Source of the DNA: Modestobacter sp. VKM Ac-2985
GTDB lineage: Bacteria; Actinomycetota; Actinomycetes; Mycobacteriales; Geodermatophilaceae
Direction of reading: 5' to 3'
NCBI RefSeq assembly: GCF_026967925.1
Contig: NZ_JAPVBI010000003.1
Span: 1,038,826-1,070,825 of the forward strand
DNA: 32,000 bases
Of the stretch, positions 1 through 8,309 are shown in pieces. Position 1 is the stretch's first letter; every line of letters begins with the position of its first letter. A program made the translations under genes and the position numbers. The notes below the pieces were generated by a model that searched no databases, was not told the DNA's origin, and worked only from the letters and a program-made list of their open reading frames with translations.

Positions 1-1559
1 ACGTCGAGGCCCAGCGCACGGCACATCGCCACGAGGCTCTGCAGCATCTGCGCCCGGCGTGCCGAGGAGCTGACGGTGGCGATGAACGAGCGGTCGAGCT
101 TCAGCACGTCGGCCGGCAGCATGTCCAGCCGGCTGAGCGAGGAGTAGCCGGTGCCGAAGTCGTCGATGGACACCTTCAAGCCAGCGGCGCGCAGCTCGTG
201 CAGGGCGGCGACGGCGGTCGGCGACTCGCCCTCGATGACGTTCTCGGTCACCTCGAGCACCAGGTGTGCGGCCGGGAAGCCGGTCTCGGCGAGCACGGCG
301 TACACCCGCTGCGGGTAGTCGGGGTCGTTGAGCTCGCGGCCGGAGACGTTGACGCCGAGGGTGACGTGGTCACCGGCGGCGGTGCGGACGCCGGCGAGCT
401 GGCTGCAGGCGGTGCGCAGCACGTGGTTGCCGAGGGTGTTCACCAGGCCGGTCTGCTCGGCGACGGCGACGAAGTCCGTCGGCGGCACCGGCCCGTGCTC
501 CGGGTGGGTCCAGCGGGCCAGCGCCTCGACGCCGACCGTCGCGCCGTCCGGCAGCGAGACGATGGGCTGGTAGTGCACCTGCACGTCGCCCGCGGCCAGC
601 GCGGTCGCGAGGTCTCGGGCCAGCTCGGAGCCCGGGCCGCCCTCCAGCTCGGCCCGGCCTCGGCCGGCGGCCTTGGCGTCGTAGAGCGCCCGGTCGGCCC
701 GCCGCATCAGGTCGGCGGCGCTCTGGTCGCGGTGGTGCTCGGCGACGCCGCAGGACAGGCCGATCTCGGGGTGGCGCGCGGCGACCCGGCGCACCAGGTC
801 CAGCGCGGCCGGCCCGGACATCCCCGGCAGCAGCAGGGCGAACTCGTCGCCACCGTGCCGGCTGAGCACGGCGCCGGTGGGCAGCTCCCGGCGCCAGACG
901 TCGGCGATCCGGCAGAGCACGAGGTCACCGGCCTCGTGACCGGCGGTGTCGTTGATCTGCTTGAAGTGGTCGAGGTCGAGCAGGGCCGCCGACAACCGCT
1001 CGCCGGTGCGGCCGGCGGTGGCGAGCAGCTCCTGCAGGGCGTCGTCGAACCCGCGGCGGTTGGCCAGCCCGGTGAGCGGGTCGCGGCTGGCGCTGGAGGC
1101 CCGGAGCACGAGGCCGCGCACGACGGTGCCCATCGCGACGACGACCGAGTCGAGCGCGAGCGCGATGGACAGCGGGACGTGGCCCTGGGCCAGCAGCGCG
1201 GCGGTGACCACGCTGATGCCGAAGGCCATGTGCAGCCAGGCCAGCGGCAGGCTGAAGAAGAAGCAGGCGTCGACGGCGACGAACGACAGCACTGCCGCTG
1301 CGGTCATCGCGGTGGCCGGGTCGGGGCTGACCCACACCACGACGGCGACCAGCGCGGAGGCCGAACCGACGGGCCAGTGGAAGGCGTGCCGCGGCCAGCG
1401 CGGACCCCAGCGGAGCGAGACGGCGGCGCAGAGCAGCACGACCACCGACATGCCGAGGATCGGCCCTCGGCCCTGCGCACCGGCGCCGGGACCGAGCACG
1501 CCGAACAGGCCCGCCACCCCGGCCGCGACGTAGAACGTCCCGAGGATGCGCGCCATCAT
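1..1559 (-). CDS. Membrane-anchored diguanylate cyclase/phosphodiesterase (GGDEF-EAL), C-terminus beyond window edge
   Basis: Absent from the ORF track because it runs off the left edge. Minus-strand translation from the ATG-ATG at 1559/1556 gives MMARILGTFYVAAGVAGLFGVLGP..., with several hydrophobic segments. A GGDEF domain follows (RHGGDEFALLL, GGDEF codons at 840-854). An EAL domain follows that (EALARW, EAL codons at 519-527; DDFGTGYSSL around 145-170). Third codon positions are almost all G/C in this frame. Confidence 0.9.
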   Translation of the reverse strand, partial: MMARILGTFYVAAGVAGLFGVLGPGAGAQGRGPILGMSVVVLLCAAVSLRWGPRWPRHAFHWPVGSASALVAVVVWVSPDPATAMTAAAVLSFVAVDACFFFSLPLAWLHMAFGISVVTAALLAQGHVPLSIALALDSVVVAMGTVVRGLVLRASSASRDPLTGLANRRGFDDALQELLATAGRTGERLSAALLDLDHFKQINDTAGHEAGDLVLCRIADVWRRELPTGAVLSRHGGDEFALLLPGMSGPAALDLVRRVAARHPEIGLSCGVAEHHRDQSAADLMRRADRALYDAKAAGRGRAELEGGPGSELARDLATALAAGDVQVHYQPIVSLPDGATVGVEALARWTHPEHGPVPPTDFVAVAEQTGLVNTLGNHVLRTACSQLAGVRTAAGDHVTLGVNVSGRELNDPDYPQRVYAVLAETGFPAAHLVLEVTENVIEGESPTAVAALHELRAAGLKVSIDDFGTGYSSLSRLDMLPADVLKLDRSFIATVSSSARRAQMLQSLVAMCRALGLD

Positions 1560-1700
1560 GCGGGGTGTCGCCACCGCAGGTGCCGTCGACCAGCTCACCC
1601 CCCAGTGGTCGGTCCGGTGGTGCACGGAGTTGACGCTGCGTGCTGGACTGGGCGGTCTCGCTACCCCGCGCGGGTGAGACCCCGCGGTCCGGTCGGACGT

Positions 1701-1734
1701 GCCCGGACCTCATGGTGCCGGCACAGGTCCGGGC
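1701..1734. promoter_or_regulatory. Nested palindrome in the divergent intergenic region upstream of the kinase gene
   Basis: GCCCGGACCT (1701-1710) pairs perfectly with AGGTCCGGGC (1725-1734). The spacer contains a second perfect palindrome, GTGCCGGCAC (1715-1724). It lies 48 nt upstream of the proposed GTG start at 1782. Function (operator or leader hairpin) is unknown. Confidence 0.3.
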
Positions 1735-1781
1735 TCTACCGTGGGCCCCGGTCGATCCGGCGACGGGAGGGGCGCGGCACG

Positions 1782-2885
<1,104 letters not shown>

Positions 2886-2902
2886 TCCCCCGAGGAGGCA
2901 CG

Positions 2903-3040
2903 GTGGCCGGTCTGTACCAGCGGGCGAGGGCCCAGCAGGCGCTGGAGGCACGCCGGCACCGGTACCTGCGGCGGCAGCGGGTGCTGCTGCTGGTGTTCGC
3001 GGTCACGACGGTGCTCGGCTACCTCTGGGTGGTGGGCTGA
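2903..3040 (+). CDS. 45-aa micro membrane protein (basic helix plus C-terminal TM segment), not in ORF track
   Basis: GTG at 2903 lies 5 nt after a strong Shine-Dalgarno GAGGAGG (2892-2898). Translation: VAGLYQRARAQQALEARRHRYLRRQRVLLLVFAVTTVLGYLWVVG*. By my count 43 of 45 third positions are G/C. The stop TGA (3038-3040) is 1 nt before the ATG of the next gene (3042). The ORF is below the 60-aa track cutoff. Confidence 0.55.
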   Translation: MAGLYQRARAQQALEARRHRYLRRQRVLLLVFAVTTVLGYLWVVG

Positions 3041-3041
3041 G

Positions 3042-4229
3042 ATGCCGAAGAAGGACCTGGTCTGCCCCCGGTGCCTGGAGTCGTTCCCGGTGCCGCTGCT
3101 GCGCAGCCCGATCGGCGGGCCGCAGCCGGTGCCGGTCCCGCGGCGCACCGCGTGGCAGCGCTTCAGCGAGGGGCGGTGGGGTGGCCAGCCGGAGCCCGGC
3201 CCGTCGTCCCAGGCAAGAGCGGCGGCCTCCGACGCGGTCGACGCCGTGCCGGTCTGCCCGAACGGCCACCGGCTGCCCCCGGACTACGCCACGCGGGCGA
3301 CCGTCGTCGTCGGCGTGGTGGGCCTGACCGGCGCCTCGAAGAGCACCTTCCTGACGGTGCTGGTCGACGCGCTGCACGCCGGGGCGCTCGCCCCGCTGGG
3401 CATCTCGGTCGAGCTGGACGAGAACAGCGCCGACCGGTTCGAGCGGCACTACCACCAGCCGCTGCTGGTCGACCACCGGCAGCTGCCGGCGACCCAGCCA
3501 CTGCTGGCGCAGGGCGAGTCACCGGAGCCGCTGACGCTGGTGCTGCGGCGGACGATGCAGGGCGGGCCGGAGCGGGCGATGAACGTCGTCCTGTTCGACG
3601 CCTCCGGGGAGCAGCTGTACCGGAAGGAGGACCTGGGCCGGTTCGGCAAGTTCCTGTACCGGGCCGACGCCGTGCTCGTCGTCCTCTCGCCGGGGATGTT
3701 CCCCGGGCTGCAGTCGGTGGCCGACCCCGGCGAGGCAGCGCTGGGCATGGCCCGGCCGACGCAGATGCTGGTCAACCTGGCTGACCTGCTGCGCTCGGCG
3801 CGCGGACTGCGCCGGGACGGCTTCCTGCAGGGGATCTCCGCCGGGGTGGTGCTGAGCAAGGCCGACAAGCTGATCACCCGGCCGGACTTCCCGGCCGACA
3901 CGCTGCGCAACCCGGAGATCAGCCTCGCCGCGCTGCCCACCCTGTTCGAGGACGTGCGCCACAACAGCGCCCGCCTGGTCGACTTCCTGGAGGCCAACGG
4001 CGGCAGCAACCTGCTGACCACGCTGCTGACCCGACTGCCGGACCCGACCGTGCACGCCGTGTCGGCGACCGGGTCGGACGCGAGCGACGGCGCCTACCCC
4101 TCGATCGCCCCTGTTGGATGCCTGGAACCGCTGCTGGTGCTGCTCGCGCGGCACGGCTTCCTGCCCAGCGAGGGGCTGGACGCGGACGACGCCGACTTCC
4201 GCGCCGCCGGTGATCGGCTGGGCCGATGA
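3042..4229 (+). CDS. Zn-ribbon-fused P-loop GTPase (TRAFAC-class motifs)
   Basis: Track ORF, 395 aa.
- N-terminal CPRC (3063-3074) plus CPNGH (3255-3269), a Zn-ribbon-like pair
- Walker A/G1: GLTGASKS (3321-3344)
- G3: DASG (3597-3608)
- G4-like: SKAD (3855-3866)

The stop overlaps the next start (ATGA at 4226-4229). Confidence 0.8.
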   Translation: MPKKDLVCPRCLESFPVPLLRSPIGGPQPVPVPRRTAWQRFSEGRWGGQPEPGPSSQARAAASDAVDAVPVCPNGHRLPPDYATRATVVVGVVGLTGASKSTFLTVLVDALHAGALAPLGISVELDENSADRFERHYHQPLLVDHRQLPATQPLLAQGESPEPLTLVLRRTMQGGPERAMNVVLFDASGEQLYRKEDLGRFGKFLYRADAVLVVLSPGMFPGLQSVADPGEAALGMARPTQMLVNLADLLRSARGLRRDGFLQGISAGVVLSKADKLITRPDFPADTLRNPEISLAALPTLFEDVRHNSARLVDFLEANGGSNLLTTLLTRLPDPTVHAVSATGSDASDGAYPSIAPVGCLEPLLVLLARHGFLPSEGLDADDADFRAAGDRLGR

Positions 4230-5920
4230 CCACCTGCCCGCAGCTGGTCTACACCTCGGCGAGCCGGACGCTGGAGGGACCGGGCTTCGGCGTCGTCCAG
4301 CTGTCGCCGGACTGGCCCGCGGAGGTCGGCGACAGCCGCGCGACGCTCGGCCCGCTGATCGCACTCGGCGACGGGGAGTCCTTCGGCCTGCGGCACACCG
4401 CCGGCGGGCGGATCGCCTACCGCAAGGTCCAGGCTGGGACGGACGCGTTCGGCCGGCCGGGCAACCACCTGGTGCACCTGCTCTGGGACGGCGCCGGCCG
4501 GGTCACCCCCCGGGACGTGCTGGCGTTCCGCAGCGGCGGCGGGTTCCTCGACGGGCTCCCCGCCGAGGCCGAACCCTCGCGCGGAGCACCGGCGGTGGAG
4601 GTGCCGTCGGCCCGCCGGTCGCTGCCGGCCCTGACCGCGGACGACGTCGACGCCCTCCTGCCGCACGTCGCGGCGGTGCTCGCGGCGGTGGCCGCCGGTG
4701 CGGGGGTGGTCGGGCTGCCGGCCCGGACGGCGTCGGGTCGCGACGTCGCCGAGCTGGTCTTCGGCGTGCTGCCACGGGCGCTGGCCTCGGCCGTCGCGCT
4801 GCACGTCGGGACGGCGTCCGCCCTGGGCGACGCGGCTGCGGTGCGGGTGCACGTGGGGCCGGAGGTGCCCAACGACCTCCTGTCCGAGGGCCCCGTGCCG
4901 GACGGGCAGGACACCGCACGGGCGCGCGCGCTGCTGGAGGCGGCGGCGAAGAAGGAGCTGTGCTCGGACAACGTGCGCAAGCTGGAGACCCTCGACCGGT
5001 GGCTGTTCGCCGACACCTGGACGGGGCTGGACCCGGCGTCGCTCACCCCGGTCCAGCTGGTCGCGGTGCTGGAGTCGGAGAAGGCCGGGTGGTGGCTGTC
5101 CTCCCCGGACGCCGTGGACGTCGCCTGCGCGGTGGCTGCGTCGTCCCCGGAGGTGGATGCGGCGCTGCGGACGGCGCTGTCCCAGCACCCCGATGCCTGG
5201 GACCGGCTGCGCGACCGGGAGCTCGACGCCGCGCTGACCGCCGTCTTCGGTGGCGCCGGGCAGGCGGAGGTGCCGATCGGCTTTACCGGGCTGACCCGGG
5301 CGGAGCTGTGCGAGGCGTTCACCGCGGAGCTGGCGCGGGGCCGCCGGCTCGCCGAGGTCGGCGGGGCCGCGGCCACGCTGGTCGAGGAGTCGGTGGCCCT
5401 CCCCCAGCCGGTGGCGTTGCTGCAGCTGACCGACGATCTCGCCGGGCTGGCCCGGCTGGCCACGAGCCGGCCGGTGGTGCGGGAGGCACTGGTGCGGGAG
5501 TGGGCGGGAGTGGACGAGTGGCCGGCGAGTTCTGCCTCACTGCTCGGGCATCTGCTGCTGGAGGACCCCGACTGGTTCCTGACGCTGGGCGGCGCCGCGC
5601 CGGTGTCGGTGGTGCGGGCGGCGCTGCCCTGGGCGGCGGAGCGGCTGGCGGCGTCGATGGTGGAACGACTGGCGCTCACCGTCGCGGCCAGTGAGCTGGC
5701 GGGACAGGGCTGGGCGCTGCGGGACGTGTTGTTCCGGTCCGGGCTGCCCGACGAGGAGGTCGCCGCGATCGTGGCCCGCAACTTCCTGGTGCTGGCCGGG
5801 GACGACGGCTGGCCGGGCGAGGTCGCCCGGCTCGCCGCTGGTGCGCTCGGCGCGGGTCCCGGCGGGGAATCGGCTGAGGGCCGCCGGAAGACCGGCATGT
5901 GGCCGCGGCGCCGCCGGTAG
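4226..5920 (+). CDS. Large Ala/Leu-rich helical protein with a GAP1-N2-like N-terminus (GTPase-associated protein 1-like)
   Basis: Track ORF, 564 aa; third codon positions are nearly all G/C in this frame. The N-terminus reads MTTCPQLVYTSASRTLEGPGFGVVQLSPDWP...GRPGNHLVHLLW. From memory it resembles the QLxYTS...GxGFxV...GRPGN signature of GAP1 N-terminal domains described for GTPase-centred conflict systems. This is not verified by a search. Confidence 0.7.
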   Translation: MTTCPQLVYTSASRTLEGPGFGVVQLSPDWPAEVGDSRATLGPLIALGDGESFGLRHTAGGRIAYRKVQAGTDAFGRPGNHLVHLLWDGAGRVTPRDVLAFRSGGGFLDGLPAEAEPSRGAPAVEVPSARRSLPALTADDVDALLPHVAAVLAAVAAGAGVVGLPARTASGRDVAELVFGVLPRALASAVALHVGTASALGDAAAVRVHVGPEVPNDLLSEGPVPDGQDTARARALLEAAAKKELCSDNVRKLETLDRWLFADTWTGLDPASLTPVQLVAVLESEKAGWWLSSPDAVDVACAVAASSPEVDAALRTALSQHPDAWDRLRDRELDAALTAVFGGAGQAEVPIGFTGLTRAELCEAFTAELARGRRLAEVGGAAATLVEESVALPQPVALLQLTDDLAGLARLATSRPVVREALVREWAGVDEWPASSASLLGHLLLEDPDWFLTLGGAAPVSVVRAALPWAAERLAASMVERLALTVAASELAGQGWALRDVLFRSGLPDEEVAAIVARNFLVLAGDDGWPGEVARLAAGALGAGPGGESAEGRRKTGMWPRRRR

Positions 5921-5986
5921 AACTCGCGCACCCGGCATCCGGCACCCGCAGCTCGCCGGCGTTGGTCAGCGACCTGTGGTCGGCGC

Positions 5987-6029
5987 ACGCTCGTGCTCTG
6001 GCTGTACTGGCGCGCCAGAGCACGAGCGT
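5987..6029 (+). terminator. Strong hairpin downstream of the four-gene cassette (terminator-like, no U tract)
   Basis: A 16-bp perfect stem (5987-6002 pairs with 6014-6029; ACGCTCGTGCTCTGGC / GCCAGAGCACGAGCGT) with an 11-nt loop. It lies 67 nt after the stop at 5920. It is followed by CGGGGGA rather than a T run. Confidence 0.45.
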
Positions 6030-6077
6030 CGGGGGACGACGCCTGGACGAACGATGCCGGGATGGCAATGCCGTTCT

Positions 6078-6095
6078 GATACCACCGACGGTATC
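6078..6095. promoter_or_regulatory. Palindromic operator-like site upstream of the RHH antitoxin gene
   Basis: GATACC-N6-GGTATC perfect palindrome, ending 9 nt before the ATG at 6104 in a locally AT-richer stretch. TATCTT (6092-6097) could act as a -10 element for a leaderless or near-leaderless transcript. RHH antitoxins typically autoregulate through such palindromes. Confidence 0.4.
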
Positions 6096-6103
6096 TTTGC
6101 TGC

Positions 6104-6307
6104 ATGGCCATGACCCTTCGCCTCGATGACCAGGAGACCGACGCGCTGCGCCGCAGGGCCGAGCTCGAGGGCCGATCGATGCAGGAGGTCGCCCGCCAGG
6201 CGGTGCGCGACTACATCGAGCGCACCAGCAAGCGGGAACTCCTCGACCGGGTGCTCGACACTGAGCTCCCGCGCTACGCCGAAGCCCTCGAGCGCCTCGG
6301 CCAGTGA
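6104..6307 (+). CDS. Ribbon-helix-helix (CopG/Phd-type) antitoxin
   Basis: Track ORF, 67 aa: MAMTLRLDDQETDALRRRAELEGRSMQEVARQAVRDYI... This is the typical RHH N-terminus (beta strand TLRLD plus two helices). A 4-nt GTGA overlap joins it to the downstream Doc gene. Confidence 0.8.
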   Translation: MAMTLRLDDQETDALRRRAELEGRSMQEVARQAVRDYIERTSKRELLDRVLDTELPRYAEALERLGQ

Positions 6308-6681
6308 TCTACCTCGATCTCGACGACCTGCTACACGTGGCCGCCCGCACCTTGGGCGAGGTGCAGGTACGCGACGCCGGGCTGCTGGAGTCCGCACTGG
6401 CCCGGCCACGCTCGACGGCGTTCGGCGAGGAGGTCTATGTCTCGATCCACGCCAAAGCCGCGGCTCTCCTGCACTCACTGGCCCGCAATCACGCCCTTGT
6501 CGACGGCAACAAGCGGCTGGCCCTCGCCGGGACGATCGCGTTCTATGGCGTCAACGGCGTCCGGCTGACCCTCTCGAACGACGAGGCGTACGACGTGATC
6601 GTGGCGATCGCAGCGGGCGACATCGACGACGTCGAGTCGATCACCGCCCGACTGTCATCGAGCACCGAGCCCTGGACCTGA
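6304..6681 (+). CDS. doc: Fic/Doc family toxin (death-on-curing)
   Basis: Track ORF, 125 aa. Fic/Doc core motif HALVDGNKR (6490-6516). Size and pairing with an upstream RHH gene are typical for Doc toxins. Confidence 0.88.
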   Translation: MIYLDLDDLLHVAARTLGEVQVRDAGLLESALARPRSTAFGEEVYVSIHAKAAALLHSLARNHALVDGNKRLALAGTIAFYGVNGVRLTLSNDEAYDVIVAIAAGDIDDVESITARLSSSTEPWT

Positions 6682-6833
6682 GACCCCCGCGCAGGCTGTA
6701 GCTCAACGGGTGATGCGCAGGGCCCCGCAACGAGTGCCTCGACGCGGCCACGAATTGCGATGCCCTCGAGCCGCCCGAACCGAGCCTGTACTCGGTCAAC
6801 GGCTACCTCAACCGCCTGCGCAATCGTTGCTCC

Positions 6834-6906
6834 GACAACGACAAGGGGGACGAATCGCCCTCACTCCGCCCAGAATTTCGCTTGTCGTTGACGAGACAAC
6901 GACAAG
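6834..6906. repeat. 12-mer GACAACGACAAG repeated (two direct copies, one inverted), forming a 10-bp hairpin
   Basis: GACAACGACAAG occurs at 6834-6845 and 6895-6906. An inverted copy, CTTGTCGTTG (6881-6890), pairs with CAACGACAAG (6897-6906) across a 6-nt loop. On the minus strand this hairpin lies 46 nt downstream of the nuclease stop (6952) and is followed by an A/T-rich stretch. It may be the nuclease terminator. Confidence 0.4.
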
Positions 6907-6951
6907 CCGAGCCGGCCGGGCGTGCACCCGCGACTGCGACGCGGCCAGGAG

Positions 6952-8082
6952 TCAGGAGCCCGGGCACGGCATCGGGGTCCAGCTCTTGCCGCCGGGCGCG
7001 TAGCTCCGGCAGCCGGTGTAGCCACTCGGGCCGGAGTTGCCGGACGTCGGCGGCGGCGGAGCTGCCGTCCTCGGGGCGCTCGACGAGGTCCGGGACGAGC
7101 TGGGCGACTGCGCGCGGGCCCGGGTCGCGGCCGCAGCAGCTTCCTCGGCCGCCTTCCGCGCGGCCTCCTCCTCGGCGGCCTTGCGTGCAGCTTCCTCGGC
7201 AGCCTGACGCGCCGCCTCTTCCGCAGCCAGGCGCGCGGCTTCCTCCGCGGCTCGCCGGGCCTCTTCCTCCAGCCGCTGCTGCTCGGCGGCCCGGGCCGAG
7301 TCGTTGTCGGCGACGGCGGCGTCCAGATCGGTGCGGACGCGCTCCACCCGACTCTGCACACCGCTCAGCCCCCGGCCTGCGAACGGCAGCAGTGGGAAGG
7401 CGCGCGGGTCCCCGTCCAGGAGAGCGGCGAGCGTCCGCGCCGCGGTCAGCGCAGCGACCAGCTCACCGGAGTGGGAATCGAACGCGGTCAACTCGGCCGG
7501 GGCGACGGGCTGCTCGGCGACCGTGTCGGCCGCCGTCTGCTCGAGGGCGGCCACCTGTGCGGGGACGGTGCACGTCACGTCGGCGGCGTAGAGCCCCCGG
7601 CCCGCCGCCCTCGCCTCGTCATGCGCCTGCCGCACGGGCGGGTAGAACTGCGAGTTCGATCCGACCAGCACCGCAACGCCCAAGCCCTGCCGGGCGATGT
7701 CGGCGTTCACCAGGTCGTCACCGAGGAAGACCGCGGCCAGTTCGCGGTCGTACCGGTCGTGCTTCTCCTCGTCGTGCTCGAGCCGGACCTCGGTCCCGAC
7801 GGGGAGGCGGCCCTTCAGGTACTGGGTCGCCTCCGGGGCGAGGCACTCGACCGGCTTGCTCGGGTCCACCGACTCCGGGGTGTCCACGTTGAGCAGTCGC
7901 ACCCGACGGGTCTCGCCGTCGTACCGGACGTCGATGGTGTCGCCGTCCACCACCTTGGTCACCGTCGCGGTGACGGGTCCGCTCACTGCCTCGTGGACGG
8001 CTCCCGCCCCGACCACCAGGGCTCCGGCGGCCACCATCGCAGCGATCTTGTGGGCCCCTACGACAGCGAGCAGGCTCTGCAT
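6952..8082 (-). CDS. Secreted/membrane-anchored thermonuclease (staphylococcal nuclease, SNase fold) with an Ala/Glu-rich repeat linker and a Cys-containing C-terminal tail
   Basis: Track ORF 6952..8145. I prefer the ATG at 8082, preceded by GGAGGA 4-5 nt upstream. N-terminal signal/anchor: MQSLLAVVGAHKIAAMVAAGALVVGAGA. SNase motifs: VVDGDTIDVRYDGETRRVRLLNVDTPE...DRYDRELA. The C-terminus reads GYTGCRSYAPGGKSWTPMPC. Confidence 0.85.
   Translation of the reverse strand: MQSLLAVVGAHKIAAMVAAGALVVGAGAVHEAVSGPVTATVTKVVDGDTIDVRYDGETRRVRLLNVDTPESVDPSKPVECLAPEATQYLKGRLPVGTEVRLEHDEEKHDRYDRELAAVFLGDDLVNADIARQGLGVAVLVGSNSQFYPPVRQAHDEARAAGRGLYAADVTCTVPAQVAALEQTAADTVAEQPVAPAELTAFDSHSGELVAALTAARTLAALLDGDPRAFPLLPFAGRGLSGVQSRVERVRTDLDAAVADNDSARAAEQQRLEEEARRAAEEAARLAAEEAARQAAEEAARKAAEEEAARKAAEEAAAAATRARAQSPSSSRTSSSAPRTAAPPPPTSGNSGPSGYTGCRSYAPGGKSWTPMPCPGS
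7128..7275 (-). repeat. Imperfect 21-nt (heptad) tandem repeats encoding AAEEAAR-type low-complexity coiled coil inside the nuclease gene
   Basis: Protein segment [50 protein letters not shown]. The plus strand shows repeated GCNGCTTCCTCGGC-like units. Confidence 0.7.
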
Positions 8083-8309
8083 GCTTCCTCCGACGACCAG
8101 GCAACAGGCGTCACCGACGGGCACGCTAGGGAGTCGGCCTGCCACTGGACGTCGGTCAGGTCCGAGCCACCCCCGGAAGGGGCAACGGCCGCGAGCGGCG
8201 TCCCCCGATCCGGTGAGAGGCGGTGCCGCGGCGCCGATCTCCGTCGGTGGCCCGTGGTCGCCTTCGTCGCAGGAGCGGGACCGCCCCGCATCCGGTCAGG
8301 AGGAGACCC

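Noticed and set aside
198-1781. N-terminal ~530 codons of the 895-aa track ORF 198..2885
   Set aside because: This part is Gly/Arg/Ala-rich with no domain features. It lies exactly antisense to a clearly coding GGDEF-EAL gene. The kinase homology only begins after the in-frame GTG at 1782, which has its own RBS.
4417-6111. 564-aa minus-strand ORF, the same length as the plus-strand GAP1-like gene it overlaps
   Set aside because: Its composition is Ser/Ala/Arg/Pro-rich low complexity. The plus-strand frame has G/C at nearly every third position and a recognisable N-terminal domain. This is a typical antisense shadow ORF of high-GC DNA.
6690-6745. tRNA-like string GTAGCTCAACGGG downstream of doc (possible tRNA or att remnant)
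   Set aside because: I could not fold a cloverleaf. There is no complementary GAGC for a D stem, and no T-arm GTTCGAATC-like box or acceptor pairing nearby. It is probably coincidental.
7128-7275. Tandem 21-nt repeats considered as a CRISPR-like or VNTR element
   Set aside because: The repeats are contiguous with no spacers and lie in frame inside the nuclease CDS. They encode an AAEEAAR heptad coiled-coil linker.
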